64,000 nucleotides of DNA from Candidatus Bathyarchaeota archaeon (GTDB taxonomy: Archaea; Thermoproteota; Bathyarchaeia; Bathyarchaeales; Bathyarchaeaceae), in the NCBI GenBank assembly GCA_004376295.1, contig SOJZ01000031.1:12624-76623 (forward strand), written 5' to 3'. The notes under the pieces were generated by a model. That model was not told the DNA's origin. It ran no database searches and was given only the letters and a program-made list of their open reading frames with translations. Within the stretch, counting starts at the first letter, position 1. Every line of letters starts with the position of its first letter. Of this stretch, positions 19,558 through 27,484 are shown piece by piece. The position numbers were made by a program, and so were the translations under genes.

Positions 19558-19767
19558 CTATAATTGCCTACCTTTAACAGCCTTTAACTTAAAAAATACA
19601 ATTAAACCTGAAATGATGCTAACAAAAAAAAGGAGGAACGTCGTGTATGGTGTTATAAAGTCGGGCACAATGCGGAATGGTGAATAGAAGGAAAACAGAG
19701 GATAAAGAAGCGTAATAATAATTACCGTGGTTACTAATCCTACTGCAAGAGGATGTTCCTTCAGCAT
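19558..19767 (-). CDS. Small membrane protein (2 TM)
   Basis: 69 aa, hydrophobic. Confidence 0.4.
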   Translation of the reverse strand: MLKEHPLAVGLVTTVIIITLLYPLFSFYSPFRIVPDFITPYTTFLLFFVSIISGLIVFFKLKAVKGRQL

Positions 19768-20070
19768 CCTTTAAATCCTCAATAATATTGTAAATCATGC
19801 TCACTTATATTTCTGATCTATGCATGCATAATTTGTCCCGTTTTGTCCCAAAGAAAGGCTAAAATAATGGTTTTTCAGACATATTTACACTATATTTAAA
19901 CATATATTAATCCACATCCGAGCTTTAAGGGATAAAATGAAAAGGAGGAACGTTACAGAGACAAATAAATTGGGGAGTCTTTCCTTTACGCCAATTGTCA
20001 TTATGTGAGGAGATCAAAACAAAAGACACCAAGCATAAATTCTTGACTTTCCTCAATAACGTCATAGTCA

Positions 20071-20586
20071 TTGGTGATCGTGTTGAAAATTACAGATCGG
20101 CTGTCAATTGTGTGTGCCGTGACCATCGGTGGGTTGTTAGTAGCGTGTCTATGTGGTTCCTGTTTGCTATACTTTCAGCTTCTTAGATCAGAACAAAATG
20201 GGGCTGATCCGAATTTATTGTTCATAAATCTTCATTATGCCCAACAAAACATGATCCTTCTTCAGACTGCTACAGCTTCGCTGGGCGTGTTAACGTCTTA
20301 CTTTTCAATTTACATGATGGAAAGACCGTTGAGCTGGCATGACAGGCCTAAGTCAACTCTAGCTGCTTTTCCGGCGATTATCATTCTTATGCTCTTTTTG
20401 CAAATCACTCCTTATCAGCAGATCTCAAGAAGCTTGGTGCTCGTTGACTATGACCTACAGCAGGCTGTGATGTCAATATCTATCTTAAAGATTTTTGCGA
20501 TCGGTCAGATTGCACTTTGGACTATTTTTCTTGCCTTATTCATTTTTTCTTACGCAAAGGTTCTTAGACGAGTCAGGTCGTTATAA
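20071..20586 (+). CDS. Membrane protein (about 4 TM)
   Basis: 171 aa, hydrophobic. Confidence 0.45.
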   Translation: MVIVLKITDRLSIVCAVTIGGLLVACLCGSCLLYFQLLRSEQNGADPNLLFINLHYAQQNMILLQTATASLGVLTSYFSIYMMERPLSWHDRPKSTLAAFPAIIILMLFLQITPYQQISRSLVLVDYDLQQAVMSISILKIFAIGQIALWTIFLALFIFSYAKVLRRVRSL

Positions 20587-20795
20587 TCTATTTAAGTTTG
20601 TCTTCCAATATCTGGTGAACAAATCTTTTTGCATCGCTAAACTGTTTTGAGGTAGCAAGGATACCGAAAATTGCAAAAAATATTGTAGTAATGATCATTG
20701 AAGTGTTTCTTCTAGTTGCTTTACTTTTTACCAAACTTCTCTCCATAGGAATGTTTATATTGTCAGCCTTTAAAAGCTTACTATAGGAATTGATT

Positions 20796-21257
20796 ATGAC
20801 TTTAAGCATGGGTTACCTTACTTCGAGGCAGAAACGGATCTGGAACCTAAAAAGCAAGGGTCTCTTACAGGCGAGCATTGCTAGAAGATTGGATGTGACC
20901 CGTCAGACCGTTCACAAGGCCCTCAACGTCGCTAACACTAAAGTCTCCCAAGCACTCCTGGAAACAGCGAAGATCAACAAAATAAAGGTTAAAACCGTTG
21001 ACCACACTAATGGAATCTTGATAGGTCATAGCCCAGAACTCAAAACCGAAGCCATGATCACCTTTTCAGCTAGAAACGGAGTTCAAATCTGGTACAGACA
21101 TGAGGGGGACTGCGAGAACTGCGATCAACTTCAAGTCTGCAGAACAATGCTACTCGCCGAGGCAGAGGACAGAAACATTCAGCTTCCGGAAAACCCGAAC
21201 TCAATGCTGCCCTCCAAACTGGCTGAAATCCTATTCTCAAAGATTATAGGTGAGTGA
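20796..21257 (+). CDS. Tfx-like HTH DNA-binding protein
   Basis: N-terminal LTSRQKRIWNLKSKGLLQASIARRLDVTRQTVHKAL (LuxR/sigma-r4-like HTH, as in the archaeal Tfx family). Start ambiguous: TTG 20790, ATG 20796 or ATG 20808. Confidence 0.55.
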   Translation: MTLSMGYLTSRQKRIWNLKSKGLLQASIARRLDVTRQTVHKALNVANTKVSQALLETAKINKIKVKTVDHTNGILIGHSPELKTEAMITFSARNGVQIWYRHEGDCENCDQLQVCRTMLLAEAEDRNIQLPENPNSMLPSKLAEILFSKIIGE

Positions 21258-21260
21258 AAA

Positions 21261-22070
21261 ATGGAAATCCACAAAAGGTTGTGGAACTGGTGTCGAAGGC
21301 CTAAAAGGCCCGTTTCAACGAAATTTACAAGATTAGCTATACCACTGTGCGTCTCGGTTCTAATTGGAGGTCTCCTCCTAACTGCGGGGGTTACTATAGT
21401 TTTGTTTCCAATGGCGTTTTTTAAAGTTGATGAGGGCCCGGGTGTCGCTGAGGTTGTGGAAGTGATAGAGTTTCCCGGTGGCGCGATAGTAGTGACTAAT
21501 CACACTCAGGTTCCTGGCTACGCCTCCTACATAAGCATTAGAGTGACTTCTAACGTCACATCTAAAGAGGATTTTCTGGCATACATAGACTCTCGAACAA
21601 AGGCTTTACTTGAGCTGGCAGATTCCATTAACCCTAACGAAACGGTCTTGGTCTCGGTAACCTTCAAATCCCCCTTAAAACCGGCTGAATTTACGGATTT
21701 TTGCAGGAACTACGTAGCGGATGCTCGGGAGTACGTGACTGCTTATATAAATGAAACTACAGGAGAAGTATTGGGCAGTGGCATCCTCAAGGGACCAAAT
21801 CCACAGGACCCAAATTTCGAAGAAGCTCTCACAAGCGTTAGAGAAGGCTTGAAGGTAACTGGTGTAATTGCTTTTAAAGGGCTCATGAAAGTAGATGTTG
21901 CAAAGGCACAGCAACTAAACAATTCAAAGATTCTCCTAGTTGATCTTAGGGAAGACCTCGCTGTAAGAAGCCTCATGGAAAAATATCGTTCCGAAGGTTT
22001 TGACGTAATCACGGACTCACCAATTGAGTGGGATATATACAAAGAATACCTAAAATACGCGAGCAATTGA
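21261..22070 (+). CDS. N-terminally anchored hypothetical protein
   Basis: 269 aa; one TM then a soluble domain; 3 nt after the Tfx-like gene. Confidence 0.5.
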   Translation: MEIHKRLWNWCRRPKRPVSTKFTRLAIPLCVSVLIGGLLLTAGVTIVLFPMAFFKVDEGPGVAEVVEVIEFPGGAIVVTNHTQVPGYASYISIRVTSNVTSKEDFLAYIDSRTKALLELADSINPNETVLVSVTFKSPLKPAEFTDFCRNYVADAREYVTAYINETTGEVLGSGILKGPNPQDPNFEEALTSVREGLKVTGVIAFKGLMKVDVAKAQQLNNSKILLVDLREDLAVRSLMEKYRSEGFDVITDSPIEWDIYKEYLKYASN

Positions 22071-22156
22071 CCGTCCCTTAAATGACTGCTAATGACACCA
22101 CAGTTTATGCGTGCGCATTGCCTTACTTCCCATCAACCTTTCTCCCAGAATTTTAT

Positions 22157-22176
22157 GTTTAATCAATTGATTAAAC
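22157..22176. repeat. Perfect 20-bp palindrome GTTTAATCAATTGATTAAAC
   Basis: Read directly. Sits between the convergent genes 21261..22070 and 22231..22815. Confidence 0.6.
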
Positions 22177-22230
22177 CGTCTTAATCAGTAAGGTAACCAA
22201 AGTTCATCGCACTCAAATCTCGAATGCCCA

Positions 22231-22815
22231 TCATTTGATATGCAAGTCTTCTAAGGAAAGTTCTCTTTCCAAGGCTGAAAGAAGAGTTAATGTTTCTTCA
22301 TGTCTTCTTTTCGCAATCTTTTTTGCAGTTTCGGTGTTTAGCAAAGGATAAATGGCTTTCAATTCTTTGAAAGAACGCTTAACAACCAAGTCAAATGGTG
22401 TATTGCCAAACCAATGAAATGCTCTAACCACACCCAAAACTCCTAGTATGTCGATCTTGTCAGCGTCCCAAACTATTCTCTCTTCTAAGGTTTCTAGTTT
22501 ATCCCTAAAATCAAGATCATGATTGAGCACTATCTTGGTTACCTTTTCTCTCCTTTCTTTAGGATACTTGATCTCTTTCAAGACCTCATTAGCCAATTTA
22601 GCTCCAGTTTCGTGATGTGGTTTACCAACAGTCCATCCAACATCATGTAGAAGGGCTCCTATTTGAACTAGTTCTACATCTGCATTCTCTTCTTTAGCCA
22701 GAAAAGTTGCTGTCTTGAAGACTCTTTTCACATGCTCGAAAGAATGAACACTATCTTTAATTGATGCCATCTTCTCTTTTACAATACTTTCAAGATTCCC
22801 CAATGAAAAACCCAT
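22231..22815 (-). CDS. HD-domain metal-dependent phosphohydrolase
   Basis: 194 aa; HSFEHVKRV ... GALLHDVGW (H...HD signature). Confidence 0.8.
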   Translation of the reverse strand: MGFSLGNLESIVKEKMASIKDSVHSFEHVKRVFKTATFLAKEENADVELVQIGALLHDVGWTVGKPHHETGAKLANEVLKEIKYPKERREKVTKIVLNHDLDFRDKLETLEERIVWDADKIDILGVLGVVRAFHWFGNTPFDLVVKRSFKELKAIYPLLNTETAKKIAKRRHEETLTLLSALERELSLEDLHIK

Positions 22816-23022
22816 AGCTACTAACCTTCAAAAGACACATCTAGTATCCATCGAAAATAAAAATGCATGCATGCTCGCATTTTCATCTGATGATCTTGGT
22901 CTTGATTTTGAATGTTGGAGTTGCAATGAGTATGATTGTCTTTTTCCTGATGGAATTGATCACTTTATACTATTCAAGGGCATGGAAAAAACAAGCTACG
23001 TGCGCACGCAGAGACTGTAGAT

Positions 23023-23340
23023 TCATTGACTTATTCCAGTCTCTACATCCTCGGTGCCCCACAATTCTATATTTTCTACGTTGTCTAACCCGAGCAATAG
23101 TATCACTTTGCCGGCTTTTTTGTATGCACCTAATTGCTCTACGAACCTCTCAGTTTTGGTTTTAACCTCTACTGCTAGCATCTGGGTATTTTTCTTCGCA
23201 ATGACGTCTGGATACCTATCCCCAAAAGAATTTACCTCATGAACTGGAAAATCATCATAATCATATTTCTTGTCGTATATTTTATACCCCAGATTCTTGA
23301 GTTTCCTTTTTGCTTTCTCAACTAGCCTATCATGAAACAA
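23023..23340 (-). CDS. Small PD-(D/E)xK-like (restriction-endonuclease-fold) protein
   Basis: 105 aa; ...YPDVIAKK...MLAVEVKTK... fits a D...ExK arrangement. Weak call made by eye. Confidence 0.4.
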   Translation of the reverse strand: MFHDRLVEKAKRKLKNLGYKIYDKKYDYDDFPVHEVNSFGDRYPDVIAKKNTQMLAVEVKTKTERFVEQLGAYKKAGKVILLLGLDNVENIELWGTEDVETGISQ

Positions 23341-23571
23341 CTAAACTAACAGAGAAACATTCTAAAGGCTCATACAGTTAGTCCGTCTATACCTTCCCAA
23401 GCGTGAACAAAAATGAGAACGAAACGTATGCATGCATTAAATTTGTAGGATTAAACATTCTACATAACATTGATAGTCTTCCAAAAGCTACAAAAATTGT
23501 GCACGCATTTAATGCCGATTGTATATTATACGTGAAGCGGTGCAAAACTCATTCTGACTGATAATGTTCAG

Positions 23572-24336
23572 GTGGCTGTAAACTTGAAGATTTTGAAATT
23601 GTCAGGAACTTACCTGAAAAGAAAAGCGTACCAGTACTTAATTTTAGGGATTTTGTGTCTATTTGTCTTTGTTGCCATATTTCTTACCACTGACCCAAAA
23701 TTGCCTCTTTATATTGACCTAGGGCGGTACCACACCACTCGTGTGTTAGTAATGATATTTCCGCTATATGGGGTGCTCCGTTTCTACCGGTTGCATCGTG
23801 CCTACCAGCAAGGCTTTGAAGGAGAAAAACAAGTTACCAAAGTTCTTTCTTCAACTTTGAGCGACGACTATTTTCTCATCAATGATGTTCAGCTTGTTGC
23901 GGGTAAAAGAAGCAACATTGACCATGTTGTTCTGGGACCAACCGGAATATTTGTATTGGAAACCAAAAACCACAGTGGCAAGATTACTTGCTATGGTGAT
24001 AGTTGGACAGGTATAGGTCAAAACCCTTCTACACAGGCACGAGTCAACGCTTCGAGAGTCTATAAGGTCATTAGGGCTTCTGGAATCTTTGTATCAAAAC
24101 TTCCATGGATTCAAGCGGTTGTAGTTTTCGCTAACAAAAAAGTAGAATTAGAAGTGCGCAAAGCCCCATCCAAGGCTAAAGTTCTAAAGATTGTTGAATT
24201 GACCAATTACATAACCCAAGAAACAACACGTCTATCCGCTCAAGAAATTGAGTTAATGAGCAAGGAGATTCTAAACATGCACGAATGTGGGGGGTTAAAT
24301 TTTAATCCAACCAACCAACCAACCAAGACGGAATAA
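23572..24336 (+). CDS. Membrane-anchored NERD (nuclease-related domain) protein
   Basis: 254 aa; 2 N-terminal TM, then GEKQVTKVL...IDHVVLGPTGIFVLETKNHSG. The last 13 codons lie in direct repeat R1. Confidence 0.75.
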   Translation: MAVNLKILKLSGTYLKRKAYQYLILGILCLFVFVAIFLTTDPKLPLYIDLGRYHTTRVLVMIFPLYGVLRFYRLHRAYQQGFEGEKQVTKVLSSTLSDDYFLINDVQLVAGKRSNIDHVVLGPTGIFVLETKNHSGKITCYGDSWTGIGQNPSTQARVNASRVYKVIRASGIFVSKLPWIQAVVVFANKKVELEVRKAPSKAKVLKIVELTNYITQETTRLSAQEIELMSKEILNMHECGGLNFNPTNQPTKTE

Positions 24337-24365
24337 AACTTTAATCCAACCAACCAAACCAACGG
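24297..24365 (+). repeat. Direct repeats R1 (24297-24331) and R2 (24335-24365), core TTTAAYCCAACCAACCAA
   Basis: aaattttaatccaaccaaccaaccaaccaagacgg / aaaactttaatccaaccaaccaaaccaacgg. A third copy lies at 25069-25099. Confidence 0.8.
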
Positions 24366-24455
24366 TGCGCGCGCATAGAAGAAGCTTCTATTACGCAATT
24401 TCATAAACCCTTTATGACTTGAAAGCTAACTGGTTTCAAAAGGAGGAAGATGTAA

Positions 24456-24932
24456 GTGAGAATGAAAGTGACTATGGCGATAGTGGCGCTGTTTCTAGCC
24501 TTCATGGCAATCAACACGTTACCAGTACAAGCCTGTGAACTCCGCGGATACACACCTGGCTTTTGGAAACAAGAACAACACTTTGAATACTGGCCAGATG
24601 GGATAGAACCCTACAAGTTCCTGGGGCAATATTTCATGTTCCCAGTGGAGATGATACCCATTAACTATACATACGATTTCCTTACAGATGCCCTTAGATT
24701 TAGGGGAGGTAGTGATTGGAAGGGAGGGTCGCGTATTCTGTTGCGGGCTGCCGTAGCTGCTCTGCTTAACGCGATGTATTTCGGAGTGTTCGAAGAATCA
24801 GAATGTCATAGCGGTTACTACTACACCCCCTGCGAAGTGATTGGCCTTGTTAGCGCTGCGTTGGACAGCTTGGACCGGGGTGAAATGCTCTCGTTAGCTG
24901 GTGAGCTGGACTTCTATAACAACCAAGGTTAG
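24456..24932 (+). CDS. Secreted hypothetical protein
   Basis: 158 aa; signal peptide MRMKVTMAIVALFLAFMAINTLPVQA then CELRGYTPGFWKQ. The gene is bracketed by repeats R2 and R3. Confidence 0.6.
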   Translation: MRMKVTMAIVALFLAFMAINTLPVQACELRGYTPGFWKQEQHFEYWPDGIEPYKFLGQYFMFPVEMIPINYTYDFLTDALRFRGGSDWKGGSRILLRAAVAALLNAMYFGVFEESECHSGYYYTPCEVIGLVSAALDSLDRGEMLSLAGELDFYNNQG

Positions 24933-25068
24933 ACTGTTGGACCAGTTAGAATCTGCGCCTCAACTTCCCTTTTTTGTGTGTGCTCAAATTGTTAATGCAA
25001 CCTGCGCGCACTGCAATGCATTATGTTATAGTATGATACATTGTATGTTGTGAAGGAAGGAAGGAATT

Positions 25069-25099
25069 AAAATTTAACCCAACCAACCAACCAACTTGG
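25069..25099 (+). repeat. Direct repeat R3
   Basis: aaaatttaacccaaccaaccaaccaacttgg. In the NERD reading frame it would encode LKFNPTNQPTW..., against LNFNPTNQPTK at the NERD C-terminus. Confidence 0.75.
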
Positions 25100-25229
25100 A
25101 CGACGACGGGACGGGGATAGACGGGGGGAAACGACCAACCAACGACGGGGACAACGACGGACGACGACGGACGACGGGGACAACGACGACGGACGGGGAG
25201 AAACGACGGACGACGGTTAACGGACGGTC
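25097..25229 (+). repeat. T-depleted GACG-rich imperfect tandem tract with six G3-G6 runs
   Basis: About 120 nt containing a single T (in gatag). Units end in GGGG, e.g. acaacgacggacgacgacggacgacgggg / acaacgacgacggacgggg. Confidence 0.8.
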
Positions 25230-25450
25230 CTATACCATGTATACCCCTGATTTGGATAGGTTCTTAATGGAATAGGAATGAGGAAGGATGGAATATAGAG
25301 AGTATAATGAGTGAGGGGTAAAAAAGCAGAGAAAACTTACCCCCTCATAACAAAAATACGAGGGGTAAAATTCACACAAAAAATTACCCCTCATCATTAA
25401 AGAACGTTCATAGTACAGGGGGAAAATGCATGCACGGTATAGAAACATAC

Positions 25451-26155
25451 CTAATAAACGCGCTCGGGCTTTGGATGCCCAAAGCCGTGCTTAGCGAATA
25501 ATTTCTCATTGACTGCGTTGTATAGTGCTATCTCTAGTACCGTGGAAATAGCTTGAAGAAATTCCACAGCTTCATGCTTGACGCCGCAGATATCACATGG
25601 TCTATCATGATCTGGGAAGAATCTCTTTTTGTCACCTTTCTTGCACTCTTCAATCACCAAATCAATTGTTTGTGCCCACTTTTCTTTCAATTCCGAAACG
25701 GCCTTTTCTATTATGGGATCGATAGCGTCCGTAAAATCCTGAGCCACAAAGGACTGTCCAAAAGGGACTTCCTCAACATAAATACGAGTTGCAGTTCCAA
25801 TAAGCTCGATTCTTTCTGGTTTGCCGTGGACAATGACTTCTCTGTATTTTTCCTCTGTCTTCTTTTTCCCTGGATGTTTTTTGGGAGGTCTTCGGCTTTC
25901 CACCCACGAAGCATCTTGACTTGGACCCTCTAAGAACTTAATAGCCCCATAAACAGTGTTTTTTGAAAGGTTCAGTTGTTTCATCATCTCTTTAGCTGTA
26001 AGACCAGCACTTCCCGCATCTCTCAAGGCTTCTATAATCTCCCAGTTTGTACGGGAACCTAGCGCCCTCGCCTCCCTGTAGTCTGTAACTGGAATGGAGA
26101 GGAAATAACGGTTCATCTTCTTTTCTTTCGATGCCAAGTGAATCACGTTTCCCAT
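25451..26155 (-). CDS. Winged-helix (ArsR/TrmB-like) transcriptional regulator
   Basis: 234 aa; NWEIIEALRDAGSAGLTAKEMMKQLNLSKNTVYGAIKFLEG; divergent from a chain of small plus-strand ORFs. Confidence 0.6.
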   Translation of the reverse strand: MGNVIHLASKEKKMNRYFLSIPVTDYREARALGSRTNWEIIEALRDAGSAGLTAKEMMKQLNLSKNTVYGAIKFLEGPSQDASWVESRRPPKKHPGKKKTEEKYREVIVHGKPERIELIGTATRIYVEEVPFGQSFVAQDFTDAIDPIIEKAVSELKEKWAQTIDLVIEECKKGDKKRFFPDHDRPCDICGVKHEAVEFLQAISTVLEIALYNAVNEKLFAKHGFGHPKPERVY

Positions 26156-26420
26156 GTTTCCTAGGAATTCTAGGAATTTTATGACTTATAAGATTTTCCA
26201 GTGTTACGGAAAAGCCATGATTTGAGGGTATTTTTGGAATATAGCTGAAAATCTTTATTAAAAATGATTTTACTCCAATATTCAACCGTCTTTGGTGTCG
26301 TCGGGTCCGCTGGAGGCTGAAAAACACAATGGAGGTGGTTTATGGTGCCTGACAAAAAACGTGAAAAGATGGGAGGAATCTATGTCCTCCCGAGAAAAGA
26401 TCGAGACGTGAAATCTCGCG

Positions 26421-26819
26421 TTGGAAAAGCAAGAAGGGGAGGGTTGCTTGGTGCTGATAGAGCAGGAACCTATTGAAAACTGCCACAGCTTGAGGGCAGC
26501 CGAGTTCAAGATACTCAGGATTGATGTCACGAAACTGTCGTCAGAACGGCGGAAGGAAGTGCTAGACGAATGGTTCAGCTATCATCTGCGCTGTATAGAT
26601 GGAAACGGACACAGGTGGACATCACGCCATTGGCTTCCTGAATTGAGAGCTTGGATTTGGGAACCATGTGAGAAGTGTGGCGTTCTCCGATTGACCCAGA
26701 CAACTGGAAATACAATAGTATGGCATCAGATGGCGAAATACGCTGAAGCGTTGATCATAAACAAAGACTTTCAGAGACTTGAAAATAACCTAACGAAACT
26801 CGGGGGGCATGTGTTGTGA
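26421..26819 (+). CDS. Hypothetical protein (first of four coupled small ORFs)
   Basis: 132 aa with TTG start. Its TGA stop overlaps the GTG of the next ORF (GTGA). Confidence 0.4.
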   Translation: MEKQEGEGCLVLIEQEPIENCHSLRAAEFKILRIDVTKLSSERRKEVLDEWFSYHLRCIDGNGHRWTSRHWLPELRAWIWEPCEKCGVLRLTQTTGNTIVWHQMAKYAEALIINKDFQRLENNLTKLGGHVL

Positions 26820-26968
26820 CCAAAAAGAAGCTTAAATGGCTTCAGTTCCAAAAATACGTTGGAAGGCGACTAGAACGACTGCATCCCTATGACAAATGCT
26901 CACCACAAAAACGTTCAAACACAACAGGAAAAATCCCAGACTGGTTCTGTATCTGCAAAAGGAGGTGA
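26816..26968 (+). CDS. Hypothetical 50-aa basic Cys-containing protein
   Basis: Own translation MTKKKLKWLQFQKYVGRRLERLHPYDKCSPQKRSNTTGKIPDWFCICKRR*. Below the ORF-track size cut-off. GTGA overlap with the upstream ORF, and it ends in GGAGGTGA. Confidence 0.3.
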   Translation: MTKKKLKWLQFQKYVGRRLERLHPYDKCSPQKRSNTTGKIPDWFCICKRR

Positions 26969-26973
26969 TATTA

Positions 26974-27192
26974 TTGGCAAGAGGTGAGAGGACAATAAGG
27001 GAAGTCAAATATGTGAAGGCTTTAACCCCCCAACACATCAAAGAAACCGTCAGGAAATATCGTGGCCACCCTTGGTACGCAAGAATTGAAGTCATTGTTC
27101 CTGGACGCAAACACACCAGGATTCCTGCGAAAACCCGTGAATGTGCCAAAAAGCAGAAAGTCAAGATCCGGAGATTCTGGGGCTTCAAATGA
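26974..27192 (+). CDS. Hypothetical basic protein
   Basis: ORF track 26896..27192. I prefer TTG 26974, 6 nt after GGAGGTGA. ATGA stop/start overlap with the next ORF. Confidence 0.35.
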   Translation: MARGERTIREVKYVKALTPQHIKETVRKYRGHPWYARIEVIVPGRKHTRIPAKTRECAKKQKVKIRRFWGFK

Positions 27193-27323
27193 CAAGTGCA
27201 AGCAAAAACAAAAAGGAGCAGTCTTTGAAGAAGCTGCAAGAAAAGCTGACTTTGTATGAGTTAAACCTCTATGAAGAAGCATTCAAGCTTGATAGAAAAA
27301 GAAAAACTACCTATATCCAGTAA
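27189..27323 (+). CDS. Hypothetical 44-aa protein
   Basis: MTSASKNKKEQSLKKLQEKLTLYELNLYEEAFKLDRKRKTTYIQ; ATGA coupling to the upstream ORF. Confidence 0.3.
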   Translation: MTSASKNKKEQSLKKLQEKLTLYELNLYEEAFKLDRKRKTTYIQ

Positions 27324-27484
27324 TGTATGCATGCGCGCTACGGGGCTATGGAGCCATTTTAGGCGATCTTATGCGCGCAATAAGAGTTTCGACAACAATT
27401 CTGAGGGCTTCCTTCGCATATTCGCTGACTCTTGCTGATAACTTCTTTTTCAACATTTTCTTTCCGCGGGCGCGCGCCTAGATG

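Noticed and set aside
22863-23165. 100-aa plus-strand ORF starting in an ATGCATGC tract
   Set aside because: Its ATG is supplied by the intergenic repeat itself. It is antisense to the better-supported 23023..23340 gene.
26832-27239. 135-aa minus-strand ORF
   Set aside because: The plus strand here carries a chain of ORFs with GTGA/ATGA overlaps and an SD-like GGAGGTGA, which is a more coherent coding arrangement. This remains uncertain.
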